Shown here: positions 18,842 to 27,632 of the stretch, in pieces
Layout: the number at the start of each line of letters is the position of its first letter
Numbering within the stretch: the first letter of the stretch is position 1
Assembly (NCBI GenBank): GCA_024614665.1
Contig: GCA_024614665.1_4861.1
DNA length: 64,000 nucleotides
Direction: 5' to 3' (one strand)
Source: a phage
Program-made: the position numbers and the translations under genes
Notes under the pieces: generated by a model
Databases searched by the model: none
What the model saw: only the letters and a program-made list of their open reading frames with translations
Told to the model about the DNA's origin: nothing

Positions 18842-18984
18842 TAGCCGCGACCTGTACACATGGCAACAGAGTTACCGTTATCGATGCACTTATTGTAATC
18901 TTGAGTTACAGTGATAGACAGTACCGCGAAAGCAACAACAGCAACGATGGCAAAGATGGCACGTTTATGGTTACGAGTTAACAT
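18841..18984 (-). CDS. small predicted membrane protein (47 aa: MLTRNHKRAIFAIVAVVAFAVLSITVTQDYNKCIDNGNSVAMCTGRG)
   Basis: ATG preceded by AAGGAG at ideal spacing; one hydrophobic helix; first gene after promoter-like element type B; below ORF-track cut-off. Confidence 0.4.
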   Translation of the reverse strand: MLTRNHKRAIFAIVAVVAFAVLSITVTQDYNKCIDNGNSVAMCTGRG

Positions 18985-19041
18985 GGCAATACTCCTTTAG
19001 ATTAATAGTCGATTGAGTTGATAGATTGTCTTCTATCACCT

Positions 19042-19056
19042 AGGTAATATATATCT
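19042..19056 (-). promoter_or_regulatory. promoter-like 15-bp element, type B (plus strand AGGTAATATATATCT; within 26-bp exact repeat 19036-19061)
   Basis: 26-mer identical to 27539-27564; 13/15 match to type A on the coding strand; 58 nt upstream of ATG 18984. Confidence 0.5.
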
Positions 19057-19080
19057 GAAATTATTTTTATTCAGAGTACA

Positions 19081-19132
19081 CCCTCTATAACGCTCTCAAA
19101 CGCGTTTTGAGAGCTTTTATCACTATAGAGGG
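19081..19132. other. nested inverted repeats (candidate structured RNA or protein-binding site)
   Basis: Outer arms ccctctata/tatagaggg enclose inner hairpin gctctcaaa-cgcgt-tttgagagc; lies in a 242-bp intergenic region. Confidence 0.35.
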
Positions 19133-19180
19133 TCGTTCTACCGTTAGAGTGGCTTTAGAAGGTTGTGAGTGCGTTTAGAG
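19124..19180. repeat. four direct repeats of TAGAG-like half-sites (T[T/A]AGA[G/A])
   Basis: tatagaggg / ttagagtgg / ttagaaggt / ttagagggc at about 19126, 19145, 19156, 19176. Confidence 0.3.
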
Positions 19181-19181
19181 G

Positions 19182-19219
19182 GCTAAAATAAAGAGACCTG
19201 GTCTCACAAGGAGACCAGG
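19182..19219 (-). terminator. intrinsic terminator (minus strand)
   Basis: Stem cctggtctc/gagaccagg preceded on plus strand by A-rich tract; follows stop of gene 19227..20024. Confidence 0.55.
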
Positions 19220-19226
19220 CACACAT

Positions 19227-20024
19227 TTACATCAAATCCAGGCTCTGTGAGACCGCAACTTCCGGTTCACTGATGCCGCTGGTCACTGACAATGTAAAGC
19301 GACGATCGTTAATCACTTCAACTGCTTCGCTCGCACGCAGTGAATACTTGTCGGCGATTGGCAGTACACTGTTATCGTTCTGCGGCGGCAGAATCTGTGC
19401 CGGGAACGGAATGTACGAGTTGAAAGTGATATACGGACCGACTTGCATCATCGGGAACACTTCGTTCACGTTATTCGACATCCCTTCATCCGAAGAGATA
19501 ACGGAGTGACGCAGACAGGCACGCAGGCCAACGGTGTACTCCGGATCGCGCGATTCGCCGATCAGTGCGAAACGGAACACATTGAAATCGTAGTCGTCTG
19601 CAGCGAAGTGCTCTGGCAGGATACGCTGTACGTATTCAGGGTAAGTGGTCACGTCACCCGGAATAACATTCACGGCGAGTTTCTGTGCCAGGAAATACGC
19701 ATTCGCGAAACCGTACTGACCCGCCAGCGCAGCTGAAATCGGTGCAGTGGTTACGCAGTGCAGGAACAAGTGATAACCCAGCCCGCCTTTATCTTCGATT
19801 GCCAGGTCCTTCTTACTCTGCACACCGTCAGCAGTATAAATAACTGCCACTGTCTTATCCAACGTCGATGCCATGACAAAATCCAACTGCACCTCACCGC
19901 TCTGCGGTAGTACCTTAACCAGGCGATCCCAGAGCTTGGTCGGTTTGGTGAAGTTAGCGGCTTCGTACGCATCAATGTCGAGAACAGTTTGGCCGGTCAT
20001 GCGAAAGGTGTGAATCGCTTTCAT
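19227..20024 (-). CDS. hypothetical protein (265 aa)
   Basis: ORF track. Confidence 0.55.
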   Translation of the reverse strand: MKAIHTFRMTGQTVLDIDAYEAANFTKPTKLWDRLVKVLPQSGEVQLDFVMASTLDKTVAVIYTADGVQSKKDLAIEDKGGLGYHLFLHCVTTAPISAALAGQYGFANAYFLAQKLAVNVIPGDVTTYPEYVQRILPEHFAADDYDFNVFRFALIGESRDPEYTVGLRACLRHSVISSDEGMSNNVNEVFPMMQVGPYITFNSYIPFPAQILPPQNDNSVLPIADKYSLRASEAVEVINDRRFTLSVTSGISEPEVAVSQSLDLM

Positions 20025-20067
20025 TGCAATATTTTCCTTAAGGTTACTTACGGGTCATACTAGATGA

Positions 20068-21381
20068 CTAAGCTGTAAATTTTTCATCTTTGAGCCAAAG
20101 ACTCAGTTGTGATTGGGTGTTATAGCGTCCTGATGCCATCGTTTGACCGTCGACAGCGGACTGGAACACTTCACCCACCAACGTGCCGTAGCGGGTATAG
20201 ACCCCATACTCGTTGGCAAAAACGTATTTTACTGGCATACCGGGATATAGGATGCCGTGCGTTGAACGGTTCCAGGTTGTTTGCACAATCGTACCCAGAC
20301 CCATCTCCAGTTTAGACCGCTGCGGTTTATCAGTATCACTAAAGTGTTTATCAGGATCGATTGGTGCGTTAACCACGCCGCCTGGATACGCAGCAGGGTC
20401 GGCCTGCGCCACAAACTTATCAGGTGTGGTCATACTGATGTCGCCAGGCGTAAATGAACTACTACGCCCATCCAACACACGTACAGACCCTACCCGGTAA
20501 CCCGTACCGTGGTTAAGCGCGGCCTGGTCACGGTATTCCAAACTACTGGTGTCGCCGCCACAAATCAGATAGATAACATTACCCGCAATATCGGTGGTGC
20601 GGTCAATGTGAGCAGCCTGTTCACGAGGCAGATTATAGATGACCAGTTTAGGCTTCGTTGTGTTATTAAACTTCAACGAGTCCCAAGGTCGATACAGATA
20701 CCATCGTTGTAGGTATTGGAAGACCCCAATACCTTTGCTGTAAACACCGTAATGGTTCTGCAGATAATCAAACACGCTTAAGAAGTCTTCGGAGTCTGGT
20801 ATAACGATGTCCCGATATGCCTGCTGTTCTTCTTCATCGTATTCAATCCCTTTCAACTGCCCCTCTGCAGCCACCCCTTCCGGCAACGTATCCGCCAGTA
20901 TCGAGCGTGCCACTGTTAACCCATCTGTTTCGTGGTAGATGCCGCCCACTTGACGATTACGCAGGAACCACATCGACTCATCCATCAGCTCCAATGTTAC
21001 CAAAGCGATAGATTTCTCATCAGACTGACTCAAGAACATCGTCGGTGTTTCCGCGTTGTGGTCGCGGTTATTTATCACGATGCCGCGGTAGTTAAAGACC
21101 CCCGCGATTTTCTGTCCACGACGCAATAACAGCTTTACCTTCAAATCCCCTTCTGCGGACGACGTGATCATTCGCATGTGGCTGTAGGGTATAGCCAAGG
21201 TGAGATGTGTCAATAAACAGATATCACGCGTAAAGTGACCGGTGTGAATGATAGACAGCATCTTCAACACCGTCACTGGGGCACCGTGTACCGTGAGGAA
21301 TATCCCGTAGTCGATAGCCGGTAACCCCCGAGCATTAGCGATGTGACCGTTCGCCATCTGTTGTAACCGACCAAACGACAT
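20068..21381 (-). CDS. hypothetical protein (437 aa)
   Basis: ORF track; AAGGA RBS region. Confidence 0.55.
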   Translation of the reverse strand: MSFGRLQQMANGHIANARGLPAIDYGIFLTVHGAPVTVLKMLSIIHTGHFTRDICLLTHLTLAIPYSHMRMITSSAEGDLKVKLLLRRGQKIAGVFNYRGIVINNRDHNAETPTMFLSQSDEKSIALVTLELMDESMWFLRNRQVGGIYHETDGLTVARSILADTLPEGVAAEGQLKGIEYDEEEQQAYRDIVIPDSEDFLSVFDYLQNHYGVYSKGIGVFQYLQRWYLYRPWDSLKFNNTTKPKLVIYNLPREQAAHIDRTTDIAGNVIYLICGGDTSSLEYRDQAALNHGTGYRVGSVRVLDGRSSSFTPGDISMTTPDKFVAQADPAAYPGGVVNAPIDPDKHFSDTDKPQRSKLEMGLGTIVQTTWNRSTHGILYPGMPVKYVFANEYGVYTRYGTLVGEVFQSAVDGQTMASGRYNTQSQLSLWLKDEKFTA

Positions 21382-21920
21382 TAGCGACCTCCTCGGGCTC
21401 TATAAGCGTACTCAATACGTTTCATAATCGTATCATTAAAACGGTGGAGTTTAGACTCCAGGCGGACCTGCCCAAATAACGACTGAACACAGTCCGCCAT
21501 CGTTGCCGTGGGTTTCTTGAAATACCCGTAGCGGTTAGCCACAGGAAACAGTTTCGAAGCCAGCACATTGAACTGACGCAACCCTTCGATAGGGACTTCC
21601 CGGTAAATCAGCGTCGGGTTCTCCAGATAGTTCAGCCAGTCCGCAAGGTGTTCCATAATCCACCCGTACACTTTAATCCCGTCATGCGGGTCGTGTACAT
21701 CTAACGCACCACCGGTCGCTAAATACTCAGCAGCTTCTGAGGGGTGCAGATAGATAGGCTTCATGTTCAGTAACAACGCTTGTCGTTTCTTCGGGTCTTC
21801 TGGCAAGAACAATCCGTGTTCCTGACTGGCGTAGGTTGTGATGGTTGCGTATTCCGGTACCCGGAAGAACACCCACGCTTTAAACAGCATAAATGCTGCA
21901 CTGCGCTTCTTCTCCGACAT
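21381..21920 (-). CDS. hypothetical protein (179 aa)
   Basis: ORF track; start/stop overlap with neighbours indicates operon. Confidence 0.5.
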   Translation of the reverse strand: MSEKKRSAAFMLFKAWVFFRVPEYATITTYASQEHGLFLPEDPKKRQALLLNMKPIYLHPSEAAEYLATGGALDVHDPHDGIKVYGWIMEHLADWLNYLENPTLIYREVPIEGLRQFNVLASKLFPVANRYGYFKKPTATMADCVQSLFGQVRLESKLHRFNDTIMKRIEYAYRARGGR

Positions 21921-21922
21921 TA

Positions 21923-23278
21923 CTACCTCGCGTATTTCAAAATCACGTAGACCATCGGGACGTAATAGAACTGACTGTCCTTCGGTAAAGCCAGCACCAA
22001 TTCTGCTAAACGCGCAGCCACTTCACTAGGTACCGGTTGTTTGTTCAGATACAGGTACAAACAATGCTCCAGAACCGAGCTGTACGAGCCGCTATAGAAC
22101 GTTTCGCTTAACAGGTAGGGTTTATACGTCAACGGCAGAAAAGCCACCATATCCTCGCCTGCGTTGCCCTGATACTCAGGGAACATAACCGGTTCAAATG
22201 CTTCGAACTCTGGCCATTCCCCATCGTACGTTGCCAACTGACGAATCTGTGATGTAAAGAAGCGCGTTGAACTGAACTGTGACCACGCGATGGTGTTGCG
22301 GGTCTGCATCGTTCTGAAAGTGCGCGGGTTAACTGCGCTGCATTCTTTCTCGACGTACGGTAGTAGTCCTGGCTGTTGATTTAACAACACCGTGAACAGC
22401 GTTTCGATATCTTGCACAGGTTTCGGCGGGTGTGGGTAAATACGGATATCTTTACCAACGGTTCGAAGGCCGATAGCCTTCACAAACATCGCCAAGAAGA
22501 CGTCGTAGTAGCCGCCTGCCTTTAACCCGTCGAGTTTCCAGTCGTGTGGATAAGCAAGAGTTTCTAAACTGGTATCGTAGAAGCGACGGACAAACGTCGT
22601 CTCAATGTCCTTAATGCGGTCTCCCAGCTCCAGGAACGTACGATACTCGTTGGGGGTCAGTAAGGTATCACCACCGGTCCACGCACGCTCACGGACGTAA
22701 TGGAGCGTTCTGACGGTACACAGACGAATCGTCTCTGCAATCTGCGGTGTAATCTCGTACAACATCGTGTAACGTATCTGGTACGTTGCAATTTTGTTGT
22801 TCGACATTCGGGTAACGGCAGTGATGTTAAACAGTCCGTGTCGATGGTCGCCTATCGGCGCAACAAAGAAGTCACCCTCGTTCGGTGTAATCGATGCTAC
22901 CAGGGTCGACGTCCCGGTCAGTTCGAAAGTCTTACGTTGTTCGTCCTGCGTACGGTCGAGCGGTGCGTTAACACGTAATGACAGATTAACAATCTTAAGC
23001 AGCTGTTGCGTAGGGCTGTCATTCTGAGTATCGAACATCGTCTTCGGATCGTTGCGACCCGACAACGCGTGATAAAAATCAACCGGCCATTCAGAACCTT
23101 CGTTGTATTGCAGGAGATACTGTTTCGGAATCCTGTCGAAGTCCGTTACCGTGGTGCGGGTTGGAATCGTTACCAAGTTGCTGGCTTCTTTTACCCCGTC
23201 CTGCGGTTTATTGATAATCGGAATCTCAGGTTCAACAGGAACGAATTTAGTATCACCCCTCTTGTTCGCCTTGAGCAT
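21923..23278 (-). CDS. hypothetical protein (451 aa)
   Basis: ORF track. Confidence 0.55.
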   Translation of the reverse strand: MLKANKRGDTKFVPVEPEIPIINKPQDGVKEASNLVTIPTRTTVTDFDRIPKQYLLQYNEGSEWPVDFYHALSGRNDPKTMFDTQNDSPTQQLLKIVNLSLRVNAPLDRTQDEQRKTFELTGTSTLVASITPNEGDFFVAPIGDHRHGLFNITAVTRMSNNKIATYQIRYTMLYEITPQIAETIRLCTVRTLHYVRERAWTGGDTLLTPNEYRTFLELGDRIKDIETTFVRRFYDTSLETLAYPHDWKLDGLKAGGYYDVFLAMFVKAIGLRTVGKDIRIYPHPPKPVQDIETLFTVLLNQQPGLLPYVEKECSAVNPRTFRTMQTRNTIAWSQFSSTRFFTSQIRQLATYDGEWPEFEAFEPVMFPEYQGNAGEDMVAFLPLTYKPYLLSETFYSGSYSSVLEHCLYLYLNKQPVPSEVAARLAELVLALPKDSQFYYVPMVYVILKYAR

Positions 23279-24755
23279 TATCGGCTCCTCTGATGGCTAT
23301 AATCGTGGTATTAAATTGCGTCAACAGGACACGGCGATAGAACTTCGTGATTTCATCAATCACACTTGGTGGTAACACAGGTTTATCCCACCACCAATCC
23401 GGGCAATCCCAATCTGGGAATAACCACTCAATAAGCACTTTTGCCGCTTTTGGATAAAGATGCAGTGGCCATAAGTCCAGATTACGCCAGTCGTGTATTG
23501 CCGACTCTGTTAAGTAGTACGCTTTCTCGACATGAACTTCACGGTTACGTAGCGAGAAAACACCGTTCTCCCAATGATAGAAACGCGGTTCAATAATTTG
23601 ACCGTTCTCGAACAATTCCATACGGATAATGCCCGTCTGACCTGTCGGGTCTATCGTGCGACAGTGCTCGATATAAGGAACCACGTCGGCATTCCAGACA
23701 TACGGTAAATCATCGATACTACAAACCTCAGGGTCGATCATGTTTTCTTCACCGAAGGCTACATCGGTGCCGAACACATGCAGAAGCTTTGCTTTTAGCG
23801 GCGAGTGTGTACGTTCGAACTGTTCTGTCGGTGACAGCAGATACGGTAGGCGTAAGAACTGGCGAGATTCATTAATCCACCAAGTGCCGTCGAGGTTCTT
23901 TTGCTGTTGGTGACGTTGCACACCCTCTTCATTACTCACAAACGGTGGGTCTATCTCAGGCCACCATTCATCAGGCAACGGTGTTTGGTTGATGATGTAC
24001 GGGTAGGTAATCACCACCTCTTCGGGTCGCTGATACGAGAAGCGTATAACGAAGCTGGTCTCGTAATGGTTTTCGTCGTTATCCCAGGTAGGAGAGATAA
24101 CATCGTAAACCGTCTCGATACGGGTTGGTGCATAACGCACCGCTAAGACATTCTGGCCACCGGCGACATTGCCTGTGGTGAAAACGTCGGGTGTGAAATG
24201 TGCCTTTAGATAGGCTTTAAAGTCATCGTATTTCGGCACACGGGTCCCTGCGGCAATATAGCATTCGTTCAATAGCTTAAGCGCAGGTTTTGGAATCAAG
24301 TAATACGCTTCGGATTCCGTCATGGTCGAATAGCGACCCATGTCGATAAGTGAATCCAGGCGGTTCGCCCAACGTAACAATTCGTCGCGTGATGGGCCGA
24401 CACGCCGGAGCGTGATGGTCACGTTATACATTACGCGGACAGGAGCAGCGCGTACTTGGTCTTCGGGGTTATGGAAGAATGGAATCTCTGCCGCTAACCC
24501 AACTTGACGGTTAATGCGTGCACGTTCATCACGTTCTTCTTCCACTTCGACGTAGACACGGTTCGGTGCTGAATAGTCCACCGGTGTCTCATCGCCGAGC
24601 GTAGAGCCTGGCTGATGGGCGGTGTTGAAGCTATCCGTGAAAACAACACTGGCACGTTCAATACCAGATTCGTTTAGCACACGTTCTACGACGCCGTCGA
24701 CCACAGCTTTGCGCATGGTCTTGTCCAACGATGGAATTTCAAAATACTGTTGCAT
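23253..24755 (-). CDS. hypothetical protein (500 aa)
   Basis: ORF track. Confidence 0.55.
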   Translation of the reverse strand: MQQYFEIPSLDKTMRKAVVDGVVERVLNESGIERASVVFTDSFNTAHQPGSTLGDETPVDYSAPNRVYVEVEEERDERARINRQVGLAAEIPFFHNPEDQVRAAPVRVMYNVTITLRRVGPSRDELLRWANRLDSLIDMGRYSTMTESEAYYLIPKPALKLLNECYIAAGTRVPKYDDFKAYLKAHFTPDVFTTGNVAGGQNVLAVRYAPTRIETVYDVISPTWDNDENHYETSFVIRFSYQRPEEVVITYPYIINQTPLPDEWWPEIDPPFVSNEEGVQRHQQQKNLDGTWWINESRQFLRLPYLLSPTEQFERTHSPLKAKLLHVFGTDVAFGEENMIDPEVCSIDDLPYVWNADVVPYIEHCRTIDPTGQTGIIRMELFENGQIIEPRFYHWENGVFSLRNREVHVEKAYYLTESAIHDWRNLDLWPLHLYPKAAKVLIEWLFPDWDCPDWWWDKPVLPPSVIDEITKFYRRVLLTQFNTTIIAIRGADNAQGEQEG

Positions 24756-24793
24756 TAGCTGTCCCTCGTTGTAGTCATATCACTGGCCTAAAA

Positions 24794-24826
24794 CGCAAAA
24801 AAAAGAAAGGGAGCCGAAACTCCCTT
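24794..24826 (-). terminator. intrinsic terminator (minus strand)
   Basis: Plus-strand A-tract then stem aagggag/ctccctt; follows stop of gene 24833..25162. Confidence 0.6.
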
Positions 24827-24832
24827 CGTGTT

Positions 24833-25162
24833 TTAGTGGGCCAGCCAAGCCAGCTGCCACTTCTTACATTTTATTCCGCTGTGTCCAACCGGATTGCGGA
24901 TAATGTCCATCGTTTGCCCGACAACGAATTCAATCATCTTGTCTGATAACCTTTTACCCATCGCGATAGAGAGGGCTGTAACTTGATCAGGGTCATCGAT
25001 GTTCGCATAGACCGGCTCATTACTGCCGAAGATAAGATAGAAGGAACCCTCGCACGCCACGATTGAGGTCAGTGGCACGATACACCCGGTATACTCTCTC
25101 GCCAGTTCAGCCGCATTTGGGGTTACTTCCATTACGTAACCTTTAACAGATTTCTTTTCCAC
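24833..25162 (-). CDS. hypothetical protein (109 aa)
   Basis: ORF track; immediately downstream of DHFR gene. Confidence 0.45.
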   Translation of the reverse strand: MEKKSVKGYVMEVTPNAAELAREYTGCIVPLTSIVACEGSFYLIFGSNEPVYANIDDPDQVTALSIAMGKRLSDKMIEFVVGQTMDIIRNPVGHSGIKCKKWQLAWLAH

Positions 25163-25163
25163 T

Positions 25164-25715
25164 TTAAACTCCAGCGATACGATTTAAAATTTGATACGTC
25201 CAACGGTGCGTGTGTTTCTGGCCGTCGGGTAAATGAGTCATGGTGTAGTCGACTTGAAAAACATCTCTGTCGATTTCTGGGAAGAATGCATCTGCACCTT
25301 CAACAGCAATGTCAATACGCGATAGATAAATACGATCCGCACGAGCGAGGGTTTGTTGATAAACTGATGCGCCGCCAATAATCATCACCTCTTGCTCTTT
25401 TCCGGTATCTTTCTCGATACGTTCCAGAGCTTTGATGGCTAAATCAATACTCGTGTGAAACGTCACCAAACGCATGTCGGTGTGTTCTTCCCGGCCATTG
25501 ATGTACCCTTCTGGGTTACGAGTAACAATTAAGTTACCGCGGTTAGGCAAAGGACGACAACCTAACGATTCCCAGGTCTTACTACCCATGATAACGTTCT
25601 TCCCTGTGGTAATTGCCTTAAAGTTAGCCAGGTCGGCAGGCAGACGCCACGGCAGTTCATTGTTTTTACCGATGGCGTTGTTGCGGTCCATCGCGACGAT
25701 AATAGAGAGTTTCAC
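25164..25715 (-). CDS. folA: dihydrofolate reductase
   Basis: Translation matches DHFR hallmarks: N-terminal ...AMDRNNAIGKNNELPWRLPADLANFK..., VIMGSKTWESLGCRPLPNRGNLIVTRN, IIGGASVYQQ; length 183 aa. Confidence 0.9.
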   Translation of the reverse strand: MKLSIIVAMDRNNAIGKNNELPWRLPADLANFKAITTGKNVIMGSKTWESLGCRPLPNRGNLIVTRNPEGYINGREEHTDMRLVTFHTSIDLAIKALERIEKDTGKEQEVMIIGGASVYQQTLARADRIYLSRIDIAVEGADAFFPEIDRDVFQVDYTMTHLPDGQKHTHRWTYQILNRIAGV

Positions 25716-26086
25716 GGTTTGCTCCTACGGGCTTTAGATAATTCTTTCATTGCGTGGCGTAAATGGCGACTAAATTCAAGACGGCTATACGAGAATGTCA
25801 CCGGATAGTCCAGAATCACCGACAGTGATACCGTTCTGGCATCCACTTCGACCAACAGACTGTTCGTACAGCAACCTGCAAACATCCCACTACCAACCAA
25901 CGGCCTCTTAAGCCTAATAGTTAGCGTACCAAGCCATTCCCTGTCGCCGAGCAGCAACAAGGCCTCTGCCAGGTCTTCTTCAACTACCGCTAGACAGTAT
26001 TCGACATCTCGTACACGGAGGCGAATCTGCGGTTCTACGTTTGCGATTTCTGGCGTCATCTCAAATTTAAATTTATCGGTCATCAA
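25712..26086 (-). CDS. hypothetical protein (124 aa)
   Basis: ORF track; 4-nt overlap with DHFR start. Confidence 0.45.
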   Translation of the reverse strand: MMTDKFKFEMTPEIANVEPQIRLRVRDVEYCLAVVEEDLAEALLLLGDREWLGTLTIRLKRPLVGSGMFAGCCTNSLLVEVDARTVSLSVILDYPVTFSYSRLEFSRHLRHAMKELSKARRSKP

Positions 26087-26092
26087 ACAATC

Positions 26093-26124
26093 CCAAAAAA
26101 GAAGGTGGCATGTTAGGCCACCTT
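26093..26124 (-). terminator. intrinsic terminator (minus strand)
   Basis: Plus-strand A-tract then stem aaggtggc/gccacctt; follows stop of gene 26131..26676. Confidence 0.6.
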
Positions 26125-26130
26125 ATTAAA

Positions 26131-26676
26131 TCATTGAACCATACGCTGCGCGTCGTAAGACGGTGCGAGGTTCACAACACGACCATGTAGAGTTTGCTCT
26201 GCTTCGTCTAACAGGTCATCGCGTACGAGCGTCTGGCGAATGTAAAGCGTTGCACGTATCCCCTCAGCGCTGTAAGGCGCGGTGACCATTTTGGTCTGGT
26301 AACCATCAATCGTCACCGGAACACGCTCACCGTTACGACGAACAAAATGCTCCAACTTACCGTAATCGTGACTACAGACTTTAGACATGTCGGACAATCC
26401 CGCATCGATTAAGTATTTCCAAAGACCGATGATGCTCTCCGAGCAATGTTTGTTAAGTTCACCTTCGACGACAAACTCGTACCCACCGTACGTTAGAATG
26501 TGCGTGCCTGCTGCACGACGATCACATTCTAAAATGAATACGCCCAGACCAATCATAACTGGACGCGGGATTGTCATGACACTGGTACTAAATTGCAGCG
26601 TAGTAACCTCATCCCAAAGGGGCGATGATTTATCGTTACTTACGCTAATAATATCTTTAAGATTGACACGTTTCAT
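26131..26676 (-). CDS. hypothetical protein (181 aa)
   Basis: ORF track; AAGGAG RBS; degenerate promoter-like sequence (plus gtaatatttac, about 26728-26738) 52 nt upstream. Confidence 0.5.
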   Translation of the reverse strand: MKRVNLKDIISVSNDKSSPLWDEVTTLQFSTSVMTIPRPVMIGLGVFILECDRRAAGTHILTYGGYEFVVEGELNKHCSESIIGLWKYLIDAGLSDMSKVCSHDYGKLEHFVRRNGERVPVTIDGYQTKMVTAPYSAEGIRATLYIRQTLVRDDLLDEAEQTLHGRVVNLAPSYDAQRMVQ

Positions 26677-26734
26677 TATAAATACTCCTTAAGATTAATG
26701 GTCGATTACATACGGTTTCAGGCTAACGTAATAT

Positions 26735-27496
26735 TTACGCTGCTGGTTCTTCAGCGGTTTTCACTTCAACTGGTTTCATCAGCGAGTTCGCACAGTCGAA
26801 GATAGCATCCAGGAAACCACGGAACGGCTTCATGGCTTCACGCTGGGCGTTCTGACGTTCTTCTTCAATTGCTTCTTCTTGCGCCTGAATTTCTTCAGCA
26901 GTCAGCTCCGGGTGTTCCGTCATGCTTTCTGCCAGGGTCATCACTTTCGGCTGCGCATTCCGAATCGGAATACGGCGGATGACCTTGGTGATATTCCCGA
27001 GCTTCATGCCACCCAGCGCGGTTTCGAACAGCGTACCGAAATCTTGCAGTGGGTCTTCGCTGATTTCCAGTACCGCCGGAGTCGCAACCAGACCAAAGGC
27101 AATGACCAATTCAACAGCAGTGTCAGTGACGTGCACAGCGAACGGGGTGTCTTCCATCTGCAGGTAATTGTTACCATTATAGGTCACCGGAATGAATTTG
27201 ATTTCTTCCCCTTTCTTCAGGCGCAGTGTGTCGACTGCGGCTTTGTACTGAACTTCGTACAGTTCCGGTTTAACACCGTCAACGTTATCCAGTGTAAAGA
27301 GCAGGTCGCCAACCGCCATACGGCGCGGCAGTTTGCGTTTGTTGATTTCGCGCAGCCAGACTTGTAAGCCGGTGAATTGAATTGGGGACAGTATAATTTT
27401 AAAGCCGTTGGTTGCTTGCAGGATAGCACCGTCGTCTTCGCTACGTTCGATAGAGCCATTAGCCAGAGTAAGCAGATTGATAGTTTTCATTTTCAT
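26735..27496 (-). CDS. hypothetical protein (253 aa)
   Basis: ORF track; AAGGA RBS; promoter-like element type B about 49 nt upstream. Confidence 0.55.
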   Translation of the reverse strand: MKMKTINLLTLANGSIERSEDDGAILQATNGFKIILSPIQFTGLQVWLREINKRKLPRRMAVGDLLFTLDNVDGVKPELYEVQYKAAVDTLRLKKGEEIKFIPVTYNGNNYLQMEDTPFAVHVTDTAVELVIAFGLVATPAVLEISEDPLQDFGTLFETALGGMKLGNITKVIRRIPIRNAQPKVMTLAESMTEHPELTAEEIQAQEEAIEEERQNAQREAMKPFRGFLDAIFDCANSLMKPVEVKTAEEPAA

Positions 27497-27544
27497 ATTC
27501 CTTAAGTGATAGTCGGTTAAAAGATTACCAATGCAATCTCACCT

Positions 27545-27559
27545 AGGTAATATATATCT
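27545..27559 (-). promoter_or_regulatory. promoter-like 15-bp element, type B (within 26-bp exact repeat 27539-27564)
   Basis: Identical 26-mer to 19036-19061; sits between an upstream terminator and ATG 27496. Confidence 0.5.
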
Positions 27560-27579
27560 GAAATCTTTTCTAATCTGAG

Positions 27580-27621
27580 ACAAAAAAAGAAAGGGTAAAT
27601 CCCCCACCGAAGTGGGGGATT
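27580..27621 (-). terminator. intrinsic terminator (minus strand)
   Basis: Plus-strand A-tract then stem aatcccccac/gtgggggatt with CGAA loop; follows stop of gene 27633..28892. Confidence 0.65.
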
Positions 27622-27632
27622 CGCCAGTCTAA

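Noticed and set aside
19119-19133. Resemblance of cactatagaggg to the T7-type promoter core cactataggg
   Set aside because: Single occurrence with an inserted base; the phage encodes a multisubunit RNAP rather than a T7-like single-subunit enzyme. More likely part of the TAGAG repeat array.
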